A DNA stretch of 64,000 nt from NCBI RefSeq assembly GCF_046119375.1, contig NW_027362761.1:971416001-971480000 (forward strand), in the 5' to 3' direction. The notes under the pieces were generated by a model. The model did no database searches and was not told the origin of the DNA. It saw only the letters and a program-made list of their open reading frames with translations. Below, in pieces: positions 60,671-64,000 of the stretch. The first letter of the stretch is position 1, and each line of letters begins with the position of its first letter. Source of the DNA: Phyllobates terribilis. Taxonomy: Eukaryota. Made by a program: the position numbers and the translations under genes.

Positions 60671-62312
60671 CTATAGAAATAAAAATAAAAAAAGAAGTTT
60701 AGTGGGTTATTGTAGTTAATTTAAAAAAAAAAGAAAAAAGTTACAAAAAAGACAGTGCAGAATTCTACATCTGCTCACATTATACAGCCAAATCAGAAGG
60801 TGGGGGGGAGAGTCCATTATGACCAACTCTATTTTTTTGGAGACTTGAAATGATGCAAGTCTACTGCTGACTTTCACAGGGTTCATCAACTCAATCGGAA
60901 GCCATTTCAGACACTAGGATTAGTAAAACAGCTTTATAAAAGACACCACATTGGGGGGGGGGGAGAGATGTAGGAATATAACCCTACCATAATACTGGGG
61001 TAATTTGCCCCCCAAAATTACCATACCAGTCTTGTGTCAGCTTTGTTTTCTGCACCTACTCAACAAGGAGACCTGCCCTAGTGGGCCGAGGGAGTGGCAT
61101 AAAATGTGACTAACCATACTAAAATTGCATCAATACTTTGGCATAAGAAAGTCAACCAGCAGGTAGTGTAGACAAGTTTCTTACCTATGTCGAAGTTATA
61201 ATTGTTTGTAATATAGATTATATTTGTCCGTTAATGGCCACAGTGTATACCTGTGTCTACTTATTATAGTAACAGGTGTGCTGGCCCTGCTTTTCGGTTT
61301 TTCTACAAGTTTGTTGTACTCTATACATTTGGAAGTGCAGCCGCCCCCTTGGGCAGATCAGGACCTGGGCACCTGTCTGTAAGTAGATAAGCTGCATAGC
61401 CCATGTCTATTGAGGCCCGCTAACACAAAGCGAGGTGAGTTACTAGAGTTAGGGACTATCCCGATTGGGTACACCTTGTCGCAGTGGGATGCTTTTGTGC
61501 TTTTTTGATATAAAAAAAAAAGTCAACTATACCCTATGTTTTTTACTTACTGTAGTGTACCTGCACATTATGTTTTTATTCTAAGTTATCTCAAATTTAT
61601 GATCTAGAATGAGCTGCTGCCATACATTTGCCAAAGGATAAGCCAGTCTAGTTGAAGGTTACAATGTCTAAACATTAGATCGGAATAAGGTTTGCCCCTT
61701 TATTCCCAAATAATAAATGGGAAATGAAAATCTGACCTCATTAACATGAAACAAGTTTTAGGCTCTAAAAAAAGTAAAAATATGAAAAGAATTCAACACT
61801 GCAATAAAGATAACTTTGGCTAGCAGACCATAAAAAAATCTCAAGAATGACATATCAAAAATCAAATCTCTTCCATTACTCGGGGCTTACTAGCGCCTTA
61901 TTAGACCCAATGACTTAATTAGACTGGGAAGCAGCATAAGCTGTCTAGTCAAATAAATCAAGAGACTGGAATGGGGAGGATTCACTCTCCGAAGATTAGA
62001 TGCAGAGAAGTGCAAAGGACAACTGAGCTTTTTATTTCCCTGCAAATATTTTCCTTCTGAACCAAAATGAACTATTTTTATGGCACTTTAAATGACTTTA
62101 TTCAAAGCATCTGGTATTAAATCTAAATTCTAAACTATGTTAATGCAAGTTTCACAGCAGACACTTATCGCCGAGATTTCTAGAGCGTGAACAGATTTGA
62201 CATCTCCAAACACAAATAGTTATTTTATAGACTTAATATATTAATCTGTTTGGGCTTTGTGAACTACAGGTAACATCTTGTATGAGCTACATACAGGCAG
62301 AAAGCTGCTCTA

Positions 62313-62599
62313 CAGTGGGTACGGAAAGTATTCAGACCCCTTTACATTTTTCACTCTGTTTCACTGAAGCCATTTGGTAAATTCTAAAAAGTTCTTTTTT
62401 TTTCTCATTAAAGTACACTCTGCACCCCATCTTGACTGAAAAAAACAGAAATGTAGAAATTTTTGCAAATTTATTAAAAAGAAAAACTGAAATATCACAT
62501 GGTCATAAGTATTCAGACCCTTTGCTCCTTTACCAAATGGCTGCAATGAAACAAAGAGTGAAAAATTTAAAGGGGTCTGAATACTTTCCGTACCCACTG
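62313..62599. mobile_element. 287-bp Tc1-type MITE in the last FBXW7 intron
   Basis: Perfect 30-bp TIR CAGTGGGTACGGAAAGTATTCAGACCCCTT; TA flanks; inner repeat AAGTATTCAGACCC near 62507. Confidence 0.93.
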
Positions 62600-62745
62600 T
62601 ATATAGTGGATCTCTGTACTAAACACTGAAAAGAGAAAAAGACCACCAAATCAGCCATCAATGGTCACTACATTATAGGCCTCGTCTCTTGGCTTACTTC
62701 ATATCAAGAGGAGGGGGTTTAGCCAAAGATTGGAGAGCTTATTAC

Positions 62746-62956
62746 CTTGCAATGTCTGTAAACACTGTCCTGTTTTAATGTCCCAGATTTTAACAGTAGA
62801 ATCTGCATTTCCAGACACAAGGATGTTGTCCTTCAGTTCCATTCCACTGGTTAATGACTGGTGCCCAGTAAGAGTGTGGATACAATTCCCAGTCTCCACA
62901 TCCCAGACTCTGATTGAGGTATCCAAAGATCCACTGACAACATGGATGCCATCAAA
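62746..62956 (-). CDS. FBXW7: FBXW7 penultimate coding exon (211 bp; WD40 repeats)
   Basis: [70 protein letters not shown](G); acceptor ttcctgacag| and donor CAAG|gtaat. Confidence 0.98.
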
Positions 62957-64000
62957 CTGTCAGGAAAAAAATAAGTGTGTTAGATTATAGGGACATTACA
63001 TCAGGGTATGAAATGCAGGTGCTTCAACCAGCAGACCTGTAATTCACAAGTAACATTAGAAGTTGGGCAAATAGTAGGAAAAGCAAGATAAGTAGTAGAC
63101 GTTGGCCGAGGACCTTGGGCTTGAATCCAAAAGTTTCCAAAATCAGTGGGAAAACTTAATACACTTCACCCATATAACCTTTGAGACACAATTCCTGTAT
63201 TTCTCTCTATCCAAACTTGTCTGGTACTAGAGCTTCAATTAAGGCACCAATGAAGGTACTGGCTCTCCAGGATGGTTGAAGGTTTGCAGAGTGATACAAG
63301 TATCCATTCAATTTGAAAAGTGTTTCTTTTGATGGGCATTTGACATAAGTAAATTTACTTCCATTGGAGAAAAAGAGAAAACATTTTTCTACCTTTCAAT
63401 TTGGAAAGAATAAAGGAAATTAAACAGGAAGGATTAGTATAAACTGGTAGAATAATGGCGTAGGAAATCACTGCATGGACGGTCACCAATATTTTAGGAG
63501 CAGAAACATTTTATTATAATATAGAGATATATCTCTATCACTACTATTTTTCCCATACGTCAAGAACGAGTAGCATGCACAAAACTAGCCATACAATGCC
63601 ATTCCTACATGCCACCGTGGCATTGTTTTTAACACAAATTCCAATCTTATCATTCCAGATCAAGTTTATTCACCTTACATGACACACAGGTCGGCTCGTC
63701 TTGTAATTATACCAATATATTCCCTGGTTCCAAAACACAAGTCAAAAATAACATGACCCATGACGCAAAAAGGGATGCTCCCTAGATCTCAAAAATGTAA
63801 AATTAAATTAGGTCACAAGTACTCATTGTACAGTAATGCAATGGAAATAAGGCAGATAATCAGTGACCTACAATGGTACAGCCAATCACTTTGAGAAATC
63901 AGATGTTCCCTGTAACCAGAGGGCATGTCTGCAGACAGAATGAAGACAGCAGAGTCTGATGGTAAGGGCACGAAGTAATGAGCTATGAGCAAAGTAAAGA

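Noticed and set aside
61040-61520. Penelope-like fragment in the FBXW7 intron
   Set aside because: The resemblance is compositional only; no hammerhead core, TSD or ORF was found.
62957-64000. Next upstream FBXW7 exon
   Set aside because: No WD40-coding frame with splice sites was found; it must lie beyond the window.

Overview
Vertebrate genomic DNA, most likely an anuran amphibian. This is inferred from the repeat families (V-SINE-like SINEs, TTAA-flanked T2/Kolobok-type MITEs, piggyBac-like, Harbinger and Tc1 elements) and from a near-invariant FBXW7 peptide. The only host gene is the 3' end of FBXW7 on the minus strand: its last two coding exons (62746-62956 and 60402-60670) and a ~1.65 kb 3'UTR ending near 58745. 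The other ~58 kb lie downstream of FBXW7 and are dominated by transposable elements. These include: the 5' part of an apparently intact tRNA-Ser-primed Gypsy element (1-3284, minus) and a diverged solo LTR of the same family (7308-8340); a full-length but disabled chromodomain Gypsy of the Tf1/sushi type (23016-29562); two copies of a minisatellite-carrying non-autonomous hAT element (24806-26660, 32506-34217); a nest of Harbinger > piggyBac-like > (Harbinger MITE + near-intact CR1 LINE) at 44090-54197; several Tc1 remnants and MITEs; and a ~165-bp tandem array. The most interesting signals are RNA-level mechanisms readable from the sequence: a UUUAAAC + pseudoknot -1 frameshift cassette, a self-priming PBS complementary to the predicted transcript start, and a hammerhead-like motif at the 5' end of a TSD-flanked 485-bp insertion. 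I did not find a clearly new host system. No database searches were run; family names come from motif recognition.
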